Below are positions 17,763 to 28,047 of a DNA stretch of 64,000 nt, piece after piece. Each line of letters begins with the position of its first letter. Position 1 is the first letter of the stretch. Under the pieces are notes generated by a model, which worked only from the letters and a program-made list of their open reading frames with translations, was not told where the DNA came from and ran no database searches. The DNA comes from Dehalococcoidia bacterium. GTDB taxonomy: Bacteria > Chloroflexota > Dehalococcoidia > GIF9 > AB-539-J10. The translations under genes and the position numbers were made by a program. The stretch lies in contig JAGGYM010000060.1 in the NCBI GenBank assembly GCA_021162545.1, forward strand, positions 1,999-65,998. The letters run 5' to 3'.

Positions 17763-20306
17763 ATGACGGAGATAGATAAATTACGGGCTATTCTTGAACT
17801 TGAGTGCAGGGGTGGTTATACCGACAGGGCAGTGATGGGTGGCCTGAGCAGATATCTCCAGCTTCGCTCGGAGCAAATAAGACAGAGCTTTCTCCTGGCA
17901 CTGCAAGGGGTGAAGGCAAAAGATACGAGGCAGCGCCTTCTGACGGACTTCGTCAGGTTCGACCAGAGCAGTTACGATTACGCATCCTTGGAAGTAGCCG
18001 CGCGCAGGAGGTGGGTGGCACGTATTCAAGACTGGATACGCAGGCTGGAGCAAGAGAGGAAGGGCAAAGAAGTGCCGGGCAGCGGGGAGCGGGAGGTCGC
18101 GCCAGGGAAAGCGGCAGCGGCGACAGGCCCTGTTGCAGAGAATAAGCCCCTTCCACCTGTGAAAAGTGGCGGACTGAATGCACCAATAACGGTTATCAAG
18201 GGCATTGCTCCCAGGATGGCTGCCAGATTTGCCCGGCTAGGCGTGAAGACGGTATACGATCTGGTTTATTTCTTCCCGCGACGCTATGTCGATTACAGCC
18301 AGAGAAAAACCATCTCTCAGCTTGAAGAGGGAAAGGAGCAGACCGTTATAGCCACGATATGGCAGGCACGGGTAGCTGTCTTTGGCAGGATGCACAGTAC
18401 AGAGACAATCATAGGCGATGGAACGGGCACTGCCAGAGCAATCTGGTTCAACCAGCCCTACCTGGCCAGAAAATTCACCACCAATGCCCGCATAGCTATC
18501 AGTGGCGAGGTAAGGGCGGGGAAGGGAAAGTTCCGGGGGCAGAAGGAATTTATATCACCCGAGTGGGAGCTGCTGGGAGGAGGAAAGGGAGAGGGAAATA
18601 ATGTGGAAACGATACACACGGCCAGATTGGTGCCAGTTTATCCCCTTACCCGGGGATTGTACCCCCGGCAGATGAGAAAGTGGACCAGGGAAGTCCTTGA
18701 CAGCTACCTCGATGAAGTAGGTGATTTTCTTCCTGCAAAAGTGAAGGAACGGTGCCATCTCCTGGACCTGCCGCAGGCCCTCGCCCAGATCCATTATCCC
18801 GATGACCACATCGTCATGGGAAAAGCCAGAGAACGATTGGCCTTTGATGAATTCTTGCTGCTGCAATTAAGCGTTCTCTCCTGCAAGCGATCCTGGCAGG
18901 AAGAACAACCTGGTAACGCCTTTGTCATAGACCGTGAAATCCAGAACGGGCTTATCTCCTCTTTGCCCTTCGGCCTAACCCGCGCTCAGCAAAAGGTCCT
19001 TGAGGAAATTCTGCACGACCTGGAGAAACCAAGGGCCATGGCACGGCTGTTGCAGGGCGAGGTGGGCAGCGGTAAAACCGTAATTGCCATGCTGGCTCTC
19101 TTACTGACCGCGGCCAATGGTTTTCAAGGCGCCTTGATGGTACCCACGGAAATACTGGCAGAGCAACATTTCCACAATATTTGCGGTTATCTCTCAAGGG
19201 TCGCTCGAGAGGAAGAGCAAGGCGTCAATATCAAGAGTTATTCAGGATTTCTCTCAAAGCCGCTCACCGTTGCCTTACTGGTAGGCAACCTCGGCAGCAA
19301 CGAGAAGATAAATTTGCAGCGTAAAATAAGGGAAGGGGAGATCGATATTGCCATCGGCACGCATGCACTGATACAGAAGAGCGTGGAATTCAACCGCCTG
19401 GGGCTGGCAGTTACCGATGAGCAGCACCGTTTCGGCGTGCTGCAGCGTTCGACGTTGCGCCAGAAAGGATTCAACCCCCATGTACTGGTGATGACGGCTA
19501 CCCCCATACCCCGAACCATGGCATTAACCGTTTATGGAGATCTTGACCTTTCGGTCATAGACGAATTGCCGCCAGGGAGGCAAGCTGTCAGGACAAGATG
19601 GCTCAAGCCCGCTTATCGCAAGAACGCTTATGAGCTCGTACGGCGTGAAGCTGGCAGGGAGAAACAGGCTTTTATCGTCTGTCCCCTGGTGGAAGAATCA
19701 GAATTTCTGGAGACGAAAGCTGCCACCATGGAATACCGGCGGTTATCTCATGAAGTTTTCCCCGATCTGAGGCTGGGTTTGCTTCACGGACAAATGCCTC
19801 CTGCGGAAAAGGATGGGATAATGCGGCGCTTTCGTGCCGGGGAGTTCGATATCCTGGTAGCGACCTCGGTAGTGGAGGTGGGCATTGACGTGCCCGGAGC
19901 CACGGTGATGCTGGTGGAAGGAGCTGAGCGCTTTGGCCTGTCCCAGCTCCATCAGCTCAGGGGAAGAGTCGGCAGGAGTAAAGATGAAGGATATTGTATC
20001 CTCATTCCTGAGAAGGATTCGCCGGAAATAAGGAGCCGGCTCCGATTGATGGAAGAGGTTCAAAATGGCTTCGCTCTGGCGGAAAAGGATATGGAGTTGC
20101 GGGGACCGGGTGAATTCTTCGGCTCCCGCCAAAGCGGATTGCCCGACTTGAAGGTGGCCAGGCTATCGAACGTGGCCCTCCTGGAACTGGCTCGCCGGGA
20201 AGCGATTGCCCTGTTCCATGACGATCCCTATCTGGAGCAGGAGCAGCATGCCCTTTTGAGAGAAAAGTTAAGCAGTCTCCATTCCCCGGACGCCGAATGG
20301 AGCTAG
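17763..20306 (+). CDS. recG: ATP-dependent DNA helicase RecG (with extended, low-complexity N-terminal region)
   Basis: 847 aa. Walker A GEVGSGKT, DEQH box and helicase C motifs (QLHQLRGRVGR). N-terminal wedge region. About 100 extra Gly/Ala/Glu-rich residues near the N-terminus. Confidence 0.9.
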   Translation: MTEIDKLRAILELECRGGYTDRAVMGGLSRYLQLRSEQIRQSFLLALQGVKAKDTRQRLLTDFVRFDQSSYDYASLEVAARRRWVARIQDWIRRLEQERKGKEVPGSGEREVAPGKAAAATGPVAENKPLPPVKSGGLNAPITVIKGIAPRMAARFARLGVKTVYDLVYFFPRRYVDYSQRKTISQLEEGKEQTVIATIWQARVAVFGRMHSTETIIGDGTGTARAIWFNQPYLARKFTTNARIAISGEVRAGKGKFRGQKEFISPEWELLGGGKGEGNNVETIHTARLVPVYPLTRGLYPRQMRKWTREVLDSYLDEVGDFLPAKVKERCHLLDLPQALAQIHYPDDHIVMGKARERLAFDEFLLLQLSVLSCKRSWQEEQPGNAFVIDREIQNGLISSLPFGLTRAQQKVLEEILHDLEKPRAMARLLQGEVGSGKTVIAMLALLLTAANGFQGALMVPTEILAEQHFHNICGYLSRVAREEEQGVNIKSYSGFLSKPLTVALLVGNLGSNEKINLQRKIREGEIDIAIGTHALIQKSVEFNRLGLAVTDEQHRFGVLQRSTLRQKGFNPHVLVMTATPIPRTMALTVYGDLDLSVIDELPPGRQAVRTRWLKPAYRKNAYELVRREAGREKQAFIVCPLVEESEFLETKAATMEYRRLSHEVFPDLRLGLLHGQMPPAEKDGIMRRFRAGEFDILVATSVVEVGIDVPGATVMLVEGAERFGLSQLHQLRGRVGRSKDEGYCILIPEKDSPEIRSRLRLMEEVQNGFALAEKDMELRGPGEFFGSRQSGLPDLKVARLSNVALLELARREAIALFHDDPYLEQEQHALLREKLSSLHSPDAEWS

Positions 20307-20410
20307 CGCCTTCCAGTCTCCTCCCTGCTGTATGAGTCAGTTCTTGCTATAATACGAGCTCCCCCTTGCTGGAGGGAAGTACCAGAGTAACCTGTATAGT
20401 TATTTATTTG

Positions 20411-22096
20411 ATGGAGAACGAGACAATGGACAAACTGCTGGTGAAGCGAAAACTGGACCTTTGTTTGCAGGATGCGGTTGCGGCAGCGCAGGAAAAAGGC
20501 GAACTTATTTCGGTGGCGCTGCCCGAGATAGTTATAGAGCATCCCCAGGATGCAGCACATGGAGATTTTGCCTGCGGACTTCCTCTGAAACTGGCGCGCC
20601 CCATGAAGCTTTCTCCTCTGGATATAGCTCAGAGGATATCCAAATGTATTTCCTTGCCGGCGGAAATTGACCGGCTTTCCGTTGCCGCGCCGGGATTTAT
20701 TAACTTTACCGTGAGGGATGGGTGGCTATGGGAGCAGGTAGAGACCATTTTAAGCGGGGGGGAGGCTTACGGGAACCTTAGCCTCGGCAAAGGCGTGCGC
20801 GTTCAGGTAGAGTTCGTCAGCGCCAATCCCACGGGCCCTCTTCACGTGGGACATGGTCGTGGGGCTGTGCTGGGCAGCGCGCTGGCTAATGTACTGGCTG
20901 CAGCGGGCTATGAAGTGGAGAAGGAATACTACTTGAATGATACGGGATCCCAGATAGATAATTTCGGACAGTCCCTTTACGCCCGCTATCAGCAATGCCG
21001 GGGCAGGGAGGCCAGGATGCCTGAAGGGGGATATCTGGGCGATTACATGGTTGCCCTGGCAAAGGACATCTCCCGGGAGTATGGCGATAAATTCCTGACT
21101 ATGCCAGAAGAGGAGGCCCTTGCTGATATAGGGAGAATAGGGCTGGAGAAGATGCTGGGGAACATCAAGGAAGACCTTGAATTGCTGGGGATTGAATTCG
21201 ATGTCTGGTTCAGTGAAAAGACGCTATATCAGAAAGGACAGTACGACGAGGTCATGGCAATGCTGCGAAACAAAGGCTGTGTGGTGGAAAAGGAGAATGC
21301 CACCTGGCTTGAAACGAGTGCTCTGGGCGAGGATAAGGATAACGTTCTGGTGCGTAGTGATGGTTCCCCTACTTATTTCGCCTCCGACATTGCCTATCAT
21401 TATGACAAGTTCTACGGGAGGAAATTCCATCACGTGATCGACATCTGGGGTGCAGACCACCAGGGCCACATCTCACGGATGAAAACGGTGGCGGGAGCTC
21501 TGGGAATAGACCCAGATCAGCTTAAAGTGATTACCTATCAGCTGGTGACCTTGCGGCGAGGCAGGGAAATTGTCAGGCTATCCAAGCGCAGTGGTGACAT
21601 TGTCACCTTGCGAGAGTTACTGGAAGAGGTAGGGAGAGATGCCTGCCGCTTCACCTTTCTTTCTCGCTCTGCAGACAGCCAGATGGACTTTGACGTAGAG
21701 CTAGCCAAGAAGAAATCGGCGGACAACCCTGTGTATTATGTCCAGTACGCTCACGCTAGAATTGCCAGCATTCTCCGACTGGCGGAACAGAGGAACATTG
21801 ACTACAGCCAGGGAGAGGTTTCCCTTCTCTCCAGTGAACCGGAGCTGACTCTAATTCGGCGACTGGTGCTTCTGCCTGAAACTGTGGAGAGCGCGGCCAT
21901 TGCTTTGCAACCTCACTATCTGACCTATTATGCTCAGGACCTGGCCACAGTTTTTCACAGTTTCTACAAGCAATGCAGGGTTGTCTCCGGAGACAGGGCA
22001 TTGACCCGGGCCAGACTCAAACTTGTCAGGGCTACTCAGGTGGTTCTAGCCAAGACACTTCATCTCATGGGCATGAATACTCCAGAGGAGATGTAA
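20411..22096 (+). CDS. argS: Arginyl-tRNA synthetase
   Basis: Class I HIGH motif (PTGPLHVGHGRG), AAPGFINF N-terminal motif and a C-terminal DALR anticodon-binding region. The ORF track starts at 20366; ATG at 20411 or 20426 fits the ArgS N-terminus better. Confidence 0.9.
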   Translation: MENETMDKLLVKRKLDLCLQDAVAAAQEKGELISVALPEIVIEHPQDAAHGDFACGLPLKLARPMKLSPLDIAQRISKCISLPAEIDRLSVAAPGFINFTVRDGWLWEQVETILSGGEAYGNLSLGKGVRVQVEFVSANPTGPLHVGHGRGAVLGSALANVLAAAGYEVEKEYYLNDTGSQIDNFGQSLYARYQQCRGREARMPEGGYLGDYMVALAKDISREYGDKFLTMPEEEALADIGRIGLEKMLGNIKEDLELLGIEFDVWFSEKTLYQKGQYDEVMAMLRNKGCVVEKENATWLETSALGEDKDNVLVRSDGSPTYFASDIAYHYDKFYGRKFHHVIDIWGADHQGHISRMKTVAGALGIDPDQLKVITYQLVTLRRGREIVRLSKRSGDIVTLRELLEEVGRDACRFTFLSRSADSQMDFDVELAKKKSADNPVYYVQYAHARIASILRLAEQRNIDYSQGEVSLLSSEPELTLIRRLVLLPETVESAAIALQPHYLTYYAQDLATVFHSFYKQCRVVSGDRALTRARLKLVRATQVVLAKTLHLMGMNTPEEM

Positions 22097-22107
22097 ATTC
22101 CCGATGA

Positions 22108-22638
22108 TTAGAGATTCTGCTCTTTGTAGCGCCTGGCCAACCTGCCATACCCCGCAGGCCCCTCCCGTACCCACCACAACTGCTTCTCGGAAACTGCGCC
22201 TTTGACCTTCCCGGGAACGCCAGCAACGAAGGATCCATCGGGCACCTTCATCCCTTCCACCACCACACAACCAGCAGCAACGATGCAGAATTTGCCGATC
22301 TCGGCATCGTGAAGAACGGTGCAGTTCATGCCCAGCAACGTGTTGTTGCCAACTATATGGCAATTGACGATGGCTCCATGACCTATCTGAACGTTGTCTC
22401 CAATTACGATCTCCTGCACGTTGTCCCGCGTATTGGGTGAGCCCGAGTGTATAACGCAATTGTCTTCCACAACGGTGTTCCGGCCAATAATTACCTTGCC
22501 AAAATCCCCCCTGATAACGGCTCCCGGCCACACGCTGGAATCCTCTCCGATTTCCACGTCACCGACGATGTAGGCAGCCTCGCTGCTGAAAGCGGAATCT
22601 GCCAGCCTGGGTATTTTGCCATCGAAACCTCTGATCAT
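22108..22638 (-). CDS. Gamma-class carbonic anhydrase family / hexapeptide-repeat protein
   Basis: 176 aa with left-handed beta-helix hexapeptide repeats (IGDNVQIGHGAIV..., VIHSG...). Conserved His residues typical of the gamma-CA (PaaY/YrdA) family. Confidence 0.7.
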   Translation of the reverse strand: MIRGFDGKIPRLADSAFSSEAAYIVGDVEIGEDSSVWPGAVIRGDFGKVIIGRNTVVEDNCVIHSGSPNTRDNVQEIVIGDNVQIGHGAIVNCHIVGNNTLLGMNCTVLHDAEIGKFCIVAAGCVVVEGMKVPDGSFVAGVPGKVKGAVSEKQLWWVREGPAGYGRLARRYKEQNL

Positions 22639-22887
22639 TTTTGCCTCCTAAAGCTCAGCGCTACTTTTTTCCCCTGCTCTCCCGCAGGCCAAGCAACCAG
22701 GGGAACATCGCTTAAATTTCCCGATTGACTGAAATGTGAATTAGTTTCCAATATCTATTATAATTACAATGGGTTGGATTTGGTAGCCGTCTAACGGAAC
22801 AGCACTAATTCAAGAGTTGTTTGGAAATGGTGGCTGTGCCGGGCTGTAAAGTGTAGCTATCCTGGACTTCCAGAGGCTGGAGGAGAT

Positions 22888-24180
22888 ATGACCCAGATAG
22901 AATTAGCGCAAAAGGGTATCGTTTCGCCACAGGTGAAGCATGTTGCCCTGCAGGAAGGGTTGGAGGCTGACTTTGTGCTTCAGGGCTTGCTCGAAGGCAG
23001 GATCGTGGTCCCCTTCAATGGCAATCACAGAAGCCTGACTGCCTGTTGTGGCATAGGTCATGGCTTGAGAACCAAGGTAAATGCCAATATAGGCACGTCG
23101 CCCGATTTTTTTGGTCTGGATACGGAACTGGAAAAGCTACGGGTTGCCGTTGACTACGGAGCTGATACCGTCATGGATTTGAGTATCGGTGGCGATATCT
23201 CCGCCACAAGGAAAGCCATCCTTAAGGCCAGCTGCGTGCCCGTGGGCACCGTGCCCATTTACCAGGCCGGCATTGAGGCAATCGATAGGTATGGAGCCAT
23301 CGTGGATATGACCGCTGATGACATATTTAACGTAATTGAAAAGCAAGCTGTGGAGGGCGTCGATTTCATGACGCTTCACTGCGGGGTAACTCAAGCGTCC
23401 ATAGCCAGGTTAAAGGAGGAAGGCAGGTTAACCGATATAGTTTCCCGCGGTGGCGCTTTCCTTACCGGCTGGATGCTACACAACGAGAGAGAAAGTCCGC
23501 TGTACCAGTACTATGACCGCTTGCTCGACCTGGCTCACAAGTATGACTTTGCCCTGAGCCTGGGAGATGGCTTGCGCCCGGGGTGCCTGGCTGATGCTAC
23601 CGACAGGGCCCAGGTCGAAGAACTTATCATCATCGGCGAACTGGTAAAGCGCGCCAGAGAAGCTGGCGTGCAGGTTTTCGTCGAGGGACCGGGACACCTG
23701 CCCCTTGACCAGGTAGAGTCCAACGTCAAGCTGGAAAAAAGCATCTGCCAGGGAGCTCCTTTCTATGTTCTGGGGCCAATGGTAACAGACATAGGAGCTG
23801 GCTATGACCACATCGTTGCTGCCATCGGTGGCGCCATTGCCGCCGCTGCCGGGGTCGATTTCCTGTGCTACGTTACCCCCACGGAACATCTCTCTCTCCC
23901 CGATGTGGAAGATGTGAAACAGGGAGTGATTGCTTCGTGCATCGCTGCTCATGCCGGCGACATCGTTAAGGGAGTGAAGGGAGCCAGAGAAAAGGATGAT
24001 CGCATGTCACGAGCACGCAAGGCCCTCGATTGGAAGCTTCAAGCAGAGCTGTCTTTTGATCCGGGGCTCTCGAGACAAATTCACAACAAAATCCCCAGCG
24101 ATGGTGAAACATGCAGCATGTGTGGAGAGTACTGTGCCATGGCCATGGTGGAGAAGTATCTATCCCGTTCCGGAAATTGA
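22888..24180 (+). CDS. thiC: Phosphomethylpyrimidine synthase ThiC
   Basis: 430 aa. Conserved ThiC core. C-terminal CxxCxxxxC radical-SAM-like cluster motif ([10 protein letters not shown]). Confidence 0.9.
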   Translation: MTQIELAQKGIVSPQVKHVALQEGLEADFVLQGLLEGRIVVPFNGNHRSLTACCGIGHGLRTKVNANIGTSPDFFGLDTELEKLRVAVDYGADTVMDLSIGGDISATRKAILKASCVPVGTVPIYQAGIEAIDRYGAIVDMTADDIFNVIEKQAVEGVDFMTLHCGVTQASIARLKEEGRLTDIVSRGGAFLTGWMLHNERESPLYQYYDRLLDLAHKYDFALSLGDGLRPGCLADATDRAQVEELIIIGELVKRAREAGVQVFVEGPGHLPLDQVESNVKLEKSICQGAPFYVLGPMVTDIGAGYDHIVAAIGGAIAAAAGVDFLCYVTPTEHLSLPDVEDVKQGVIASCIAAHAGDIVKGVKGAREKDDRMSRARKALDWKLQAELSFDPGLSRQIHNKIPSDGETCSMCGEYCAMAMVEKYLSRSGN

Positions 24181-24202
24181 TAGAAGTGAAGGGGCACGCA
24201 GA

Positions 24203-25369
24203 GTGAGACGGAATAGAGAGCAACAGACAATCCTGTACAGGCCAGCAGCCAGGGAGGCATTACAAAAGAATATCGCAGATGGCGGAGGACCGATACTCTT
24301 CCTTGATAGCGAAGCGATAAAGCGAAAGAGCCGCGAGTTTCGCCATGAGTTCAGAGGAGCAAAAACATACTACGCCTTGAAAGCCAATCCCCACCCCAGG
24401 ATCGTGGAACTGCTGAGGGAGAATAGCTGTGCTTTCGAGATTTCATCACAGGGAGAACTGGAGTTCCTGCTCGATTTGAAAGTCCCCCCCCGTGAGATCA
24501 TGGTGGGCAATCCCCTCAAAGACCGTTCTTTCATCAAGCTCGCCCACAACTCCGGGATAGGTGTCTTTGCCTTCGATTCCCTTGCGGAGGTGGATAAACT
24601 GGCACAGTTCGCGCCGGGCAGCAAACTCTGCGTGCGCCTTTCCGTCTCCAATGAAGGAAGTGAATGGCCGCTGAGCAAGAAATTCGGTGTGGAGAGGGAA
24701 GAGGCAATCAAATTGTTGCTTTATGCCAGAGAGAGAAATCTTGTGCCCTATGGCATAACCTTTCACGTTGGCTCTCAATGCACGAATCCTGCGACCTGGG
24801 TCAGTGCCATCGAGGAGAGCAAATGGGTCTGGGATGCTGCGGAGGAAAAGGGCATCAAGATGCGCATGTTGAACATAGGCGGTGGGTTTCCCGTTAGATA
24901 CATCAAGCCTGTCCCCTCTCTTGCAGAAATCTCGCGCGTGGTTATGAGCTCCGTGGAGAGAAATTTCCCCGAGGGAGTAGAACTTGCCGTGACTCCGGGA
25001 AGAGCTCTGGTGGGAGAAGCGGGGATTCTGGTCGCCAGAGTTATCGCCATGGCTGACCGACAGGGAGAAAGGTGGCTCTACCTGAACGTGGGCGTGTTCA
25101 ATGGTCTATTTGAAACCGTGGGGGGCATTAAATATCCCCTTGTCGTCACAGATCCGGAGCTTAACGACAGGAAAAATGGAGATGGAACCCGTAAGTGGAC
25201 ACTGGCTGGCCCCTCCTGCGATAGCTTTGACGTCATCGCCAGAGAAATGGAGCTTGCCTCGGTAGAAGTAGGTGACCTCGTTCACGTTATGTCGGCTGGG
25301 GCCTATACCACCTCGTATGCTTCACAGTTCGATGGATTTCCCATCCCCAGGACGCACTTTACGGCTTAG
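24203..25369 (+). CDS. Ornithine/lysine/arginine decarboxylase family enzyme (fold-type III PLP; ODC-like)
   Basis: PLP-lysine motif YALKANPHP. Fold-III decarboxylase family-2 motifs (GGGFPV, C-terminal GAYT). Start uncertain: in-frame GTG at 24203 with GAAGGGG 8 nt upstream. An ATG at 24101 would overlap thiC by 80 nt. Confidence 0.65.
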   Translation: MRRNREQQTILYRPAAREALQKNIADGGGPILFLDSEAIKRKSREFRHEFRGAKTYYALKANPHPRIVELLRENSCAFEISSQGELEFLLDLKVPPREIMVGNPLKDRSFIKLAHNSGIGVFAFDSLAEVDKLAQFAPGSKLCVRLSVSNEGSEWPLSKKFGVEREEAIKLLLYARERNLVPYGITFHVGSQCTNPATWVSAIEESKWVWDAAEEKGIKMRMLNIGGGFPVRYIKPVPSLAEISRVVMSSVERNFPEGVELAVTPGRALVGEAGILVARVIAMADRQGERWLYLNVGVFNGLFETVGGIKYPLVVTDPELNDRKNGDGTRKWTLAGPSCDSFDVIAREMELASVEVGDLVHVMSAGAYTTSYASQFDGFPIPRTHFTA

Positions 25370-25443
25370 AACGTCGCCTCTCCTGGAGCACGGGTACGAT
25401 TTGACAGGCGAGCATTTTCAGAGTTATCATCATCATCTGACCT

Positions 25444-26232
25444 ATGGAAAAGAACTCTCTGCAGGATGTAACGCTGGTTGAAGTAGCCGCAGAGTTTCTT
25501 ACAAAGATATCTCCCGAAAGCAGAGAGCAATTCCAGGCTGAGATTTACAAATGCGTTCGCTGGTTCGGTTTTCAGAGAAAACCGGGAGAGCTCAAGCCAG
25601 CTGACGTGGCCAACTACGCCGGGCGAATTATTCCCTCAGAGGGAAAGTCTCTTAAGTCCTTCCTTACCTATCTTCGAAAGAATGGACTTACTTCGGTTAA
25701 CCTGGCTGTTCATGCTCGACCAAAGAAGACCACCTTGAAGGCATCTGCCTCCAGTCGCGGCACACAGGAACAGGCCATGCTTACCGAGGAAGGGTATGCC
25801 AGGATGAAAGAGGAGCTGGGAAGGTTGGAGGCACAGATACCTGAAGTCATCAGAGAAATCCAGAAAGCAGCTGCCGACAAGGATTTTCGAGAAAATGCCC
25901 CCCTAGCTGCTGCCAGAGAAGAGAAATCACGGCTGTCAGGCAGGATACTGGAACTAAAAGCTACCTTGAAGATGGCTAAAACGGTAAATAGCAATCTTGA
26001 TGCATCAAAGGCGGAGGTGGGAAATACGGTGTTGCTTTCCGATGCCTCCTCGGGCAGGGAATTCAGCTACCTTCTGGTTGATCCCAGGGAAGCAAATCCC
26101 CGCAAAGGAAAACTCTCCGTTGCTTCGCCCCTGGGCAAGGTGCTGCTGGGTAAGGAGAAAGGCCAAACTGTCAGTATTAACGCCCCCGCCGGTACCTTCA
26201 GTTACTGCATTGAAAATGTCCAGCACGCCTGA
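25444..26232 (+). CDS. GreA/GreB-family transcript cleavage factor with about 100-aa N-terminal extension
   Basis: The C-terminal about 160 aa align to GreA: coiled-coil LTEEGYARMKEELGRLEA...DFRENAPLAAAREEKSRLSGRILEL, then the FKBP-like domain GNTVLL...EFSYLLVDPREANPRKGKLSVASPLGKVLLGKEKGQTVSINAPAGTFSYCIENV. The N-terminal about 100 residues have no recognised family. Confidence 0.7.
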   Translation: MEKNSLQDVTLVEVAAEFLTKISPESREQFQAEIYKCVRWFGFQRKPGELKPADVANYAGRIIPSEGKSLKSFLTYLRKNGLTSVNLAVHARPKKTTLKASASSRGTQEQAMLTEEGYARMKEELGRLEAQIPEVIREIQKAAADKDFRENAPLAAAREEKSRLSGRILELKATLKMAKTVNSNLDASKAEVGNTVLLSDASSGREFSYLLVDPREANPRKGKLSVASPLGKVLLGKEKGQTVSINAPAGTFSYCIENVQHA

Positions 26233-26337
26233 AATTTCCCTCGCTAAAACCGGGGGCTACCGTCCGCTGGTAATTTTACCAGCAGGAATGTCTGTGCTGC
26301 ATTTAGCAACTCTGCCAGGAATCGCGCCGGTGCATCT

Positions 26338-28047
26338 ATGAAAGTACGCCAGTGGCAATTGTTACCGACAGTTCCTGCGGATTATGTCTCTGCTTCCTCT
26401 CTTTCTCCTCTGCTGGCCCAGCTTCTTTATAACCGTGAAATTAAGGCAAGCGAAGTGGACCTGTTCCTATCAGGCGATGACAGCTTTGCCGGCAATCCTT
26501 TTTCTCTTCCCGATATCGAGCCCGCGGTAAGCCGAATATACCAGGCGTTGCGTTCGGGGGAGAAAATTGCCATTTACGGCGATTTTGATGCTGACGGAAT
26601 TACTGCCACTGCTATCCTTGTGGAAGCGCTGTCATGGCTCGGTGCCACTGCTATCCCCTACCTGCCTGACCGCTGTAGAGATGGTCACGGACTGAGCCTG
26701 CCAGCCCTGGAAGAGCTTCATGGACAGGAAGTTAACCTCGTGATTACAGTTGACTGCGGCTCTTCTGATTATGAAGAAGTAGAGCAAGCAAGAAAGATGG
26801 GGATGGATATGATTATTACTGACCACCACCTCCTCGAAGGGACTTTGCCCCGGGCCATAGCTGTGGTCAACCCCAAGAGAAAGGATTCGCACTACCCATT
26901 CCCTGAACTGGCCGGGGTGGGAGTTGCTTTTAAGCTCGCGCAGGCGCTTCTCCATGGCCACAACAGGGAAGCTGACTTGCACGAGTTCCTGGACCTGGTG
27001 GCCCTGGGGACAGTTACCGACATGGTGCCTCTGGTGGGCGAAAATCGCTACCTGGTTAAAGAAGGAATTAAGGTACTCAACCACACACAGCGCACAGGAA
27101 TCCAGGAGCTGGTTGAGGTATCACGGTTGAGGATGGAGCACATCGGTGAGGAGCAGATTTCCTGGACCCTTGGCCCTCGCATCAACGCTGCCAGCAGAAC
27201 CGGCAGCGCGTATGCCAGCTATGAATTACTTGTGTCGCAATCGCCCGTGGAAGCCCGTTCTCTGGCGAAAGGTCTGGAGGACAAGAACTCCGAACGACAA
27301 AAGGCGACCGCGGAGGCTCTGAGAAAAGCAAAGGAAGGACTGGCAGGACGAACTCATCTTCCCCTGCTCATAGAAGGGAGTGAGGAATATTCGCTGGGAG
27401 TCATCGGGCTGGTCGCCGGCAGGCTGGCAGAGGAATTCAACCGCCCGTCCATCGTTCTCAGCCTCGGTCCCGAATTGTGCCGGGGCAGTTGCCGCAGTAT
27501 AGAAGGATTCAGCATTCTGTCTGCTCTGGAAGAATGTCGCGACCTGCTTATTACATTTGGCGGCCACCACATGGCAGCCGGTTTTACCCTGGCACGGCAG
27601 AATTTGGCTAAATTTGAAGAAAGAATTATGGGGGTAGCTGAGGAAAAGATGAAGCTTCTCAAACTGACGGCAGGGCTTACTGTCGATGCCGAGGTGACAC
27701 TGTCAACCTTCGATAGTGATACCTTAAATTCAATCTGGAGGCTTTCCCCCTTCGGCAAGAAAAATCCCGTGCCCGTTTTCCTGTCGCGAGGGCTTGAAGT
27801 GCTCGGGACTCGCGAGTTGGGCAATCAGGGAAAACACCTGGAGCTTAGTGTACAGCAGAGAGGTGCCATCTGGAAGGCAATAGCTTTCAATTCAAGATTG
27901 TCCCGGGCAGAGATACCTCCCTGCATAGATGCCGTATATAATCTGGACAGGGACCGATGGAACGGACAGGAAGTACTGCGCCTCAATGTTCTTGATATTG
28001 CTCCGTCTCGCTCTCTCCCACAGGTTCAAGAGAAGCCTCGTGTTTGA
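26338..28047 (+). CDS. recJ: Single-stranded-DNA-specific exonuclease RecJ
   Basis: 569 aa. DHH family motifs (IYGDFDADGITATAIL, ITDHH). DHHA1 domain (GGHHMAAG). Confidence 0.85.
   Translation: MKVRQWQLLPTVPADYVSASSLSPLLAQLLYNREIKASEVDLFLSGDDSFAGNPFSLPDIEPAVSRIYQALRSGEKIAIYGDFDADGITATAILVEALSWLGATAIPYLPDRCRDGHGLSLPALEELHGQEVNLVITVDCGSSDYEEVEQARKMGMDMIITDHHLLEGTLPRAIAVVNPKRKDSHYPFPELAGVGVAFKLAQALLHGHNREADLHEFLDLVALGTVTDMVPLVGENRYLVKEGIKVLNHTQRTGIQELVEVSRLRMEHIGEEQISWTLGPRINAASRTGSAYASYELLVSQSPVEARSLAKGLEDKNSERQKATAEALRKAKEGLAGRTHLPLLIEGSEEYSLGVIGLVAGRLAEEFNRPSIVLSLGPELCRGSCRSIEGFSILSALEECRDLLITFGGHHMAAGFTLARQNLAKFEERIMGVAEEKMKLLKLTAGLTVDAEVTLSTFDSDTLNSIWRLSPFGKKNPVPVFLSRGLEVLGTRELGNQGKHLELSVQQRGAIWKAIAFNSRLSRAEIPPCIDAVYNLDRDRWNGQEVLRLNVLDIAPSRSLPQVQEKPRV

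Noticed and set aside
17701-17763. Small palindromes (ACGGTTCGAACCGT; GTTCCCG...CGGAAC) between yloV and recG as a regulatory element
   Set aside because: Likely just a weak factor-independent terminator or processing hairpin. No T-tract and nothing family-specific.
20307-20410. T-box leader upstream of argS
   Set aside because: The leader is only about 100 nt. It has an extended -10 (TGCTATAAT) and a short hairpin but no T-box sequence (AATTAGGGTGGNACCGCG) or specifier-loop architecture.
22640-22887. Possible TPP (THI-box) riboswitch in the 250-bp leader of thiC
   Set aside because: The region has a CUGG-ACUU-CCAG hairpin and a GCUGUGCC segment vaguely like P2/P4. The invariant CUGAGA and ACCUGAUCUGGAUAAUGCCAGCG elements of the THI box are absent. 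Cannot call it without cmscan.
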